From positions 4,792 through 68,791 of the forward strand of contig CAWHLR010000026.1 in assembly GCA_963830235.1 (NCBI GenBank): a stretch of 64,000 bases of DNA. Reading direction: 5' to 3'. The stretch's first letter is position 1. Each line of letters starts with the position of its first letter. The notes beneath the pieces were generated by a model. The model ran no database searches and was not told the DNA's origin. It was given only the letters and a program-made list of their open reading frames with translations. Below are positions 63,672-64,000 of this stretch, piece after piece. The translations under genes and the position numbers were made by a program. Source of the DNA: an uncultured Verrucomicrobiae bacterium (GTDB lineage: Bacteria; Verrucomicrobiota; Verrucomicrobiia; Limisphaerales; UBA11358).

Positions 63672-64000
63672 ATGAAACCAAGCCATGCCCAGTGGCTGAA
63701 ACGGCTGTTTACCGCGCTGGAAATCCCGGCGCCCGACCCATCGCAGTTGCTCCATCGCATTGCCAGCATGGAGCGGAACATCATGCTGCCGGTCCGGGCG
63801 GTCTCCATCGGCGCCATTTTTTATTCATTTGTTTCGACGCCGTGGTTCGGAATGGCATTAAGCACGCTGGATGTGGCGGTTGAAACCGTTCAGTATATTT
63901 TCTGGTTTTACGCGCTCGCCAGCGTCGCGCTGGCAATCCTGCTGCTGAACATGGGACGGCTGCCGCTGGCGGTTGTGCAATGGACGGTGGTTACGAGCAG
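63672..64000 (+). CDS. partial ORF running off the window end; membrane protein N-terminus
   Basis: My own translation from the ATG at 63672 (MKPSHAQWLKRLFTALEIP...) has no stop codon up to position 64000 and includes two hydrophobic segments. Confidence 0.45.
   Translation, partial: MKPSHAQWLKRLFTALEIPAPDPSQLLHRIASMERNIMLPVRAVSIGAIFYSFVSTPWFGMALSTLDVAVETVQYIFWFYALASVALAILLLNMGRLPLAVVQWTVVTS

Overview
This is a 64-kb high-GC bacterial chromosomal segment. The gene content (an ECF-type sigma factor next to a Ser/Thr kinase, a large glycosyltransferase cluster) and the repeat types suggest a PVC-group, Verrucomicrobiota-like organism, but that is inference only. I can support about 70 protein-coding genes and 2 tRNAs (CAU and Arg-CCU). 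I found no rRNA, no CRISPR array and no recognisable defence island beyond two tandem ParE-type toxin-antitoxin pairs. Housekeeping genes include copA, dnaE, msbA, cstA, nadD, rsfS, ogt, ubiX, ubiA, ruvC, ruvA, priA, lspA, rluD, gmk, coaC and two cyclophilins. A roughly 15-kb LPS/glycan cluster (10.5-26 kb) holds about a dozen glycosyltransferases, including adjacent GT11- and GT10-type fucosyltransferase-like genes. The unusual layer is the repeat and mobile-element content. (1) Two HUH/Y1 (IS200-like, RAYT-like) transposase modules are each bracketed by inverted hairpin REPs, and one sits in-frame inside priA. (2) There are at least eight sequence-distinct REP/REPIN families. Four doublets lie in-frame inside copA, dnaE, the kinase and priA (63, 84, 81 and 90 nt as I delimit them), and a fifth element of 61 nt breaks the kinase frame. 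(3) Heptanucleotide tandem arrays arranged as inverted arms occur at more than ten loci. One pair brackets a four-helix-bundle (23S-IVS/Avd-family) gene wedged between ubiX and ubiA. (4) Two copies of a roughly 150-nt three-hairpin element show compensatory stem changes and lie next to AT-richer ORFan genes. Six reading-frame disruptions, including one in dnaE, occur at short G/C runs and may be sequence errors. All calls come from reading the sequence and the ORF track; no searches were run.
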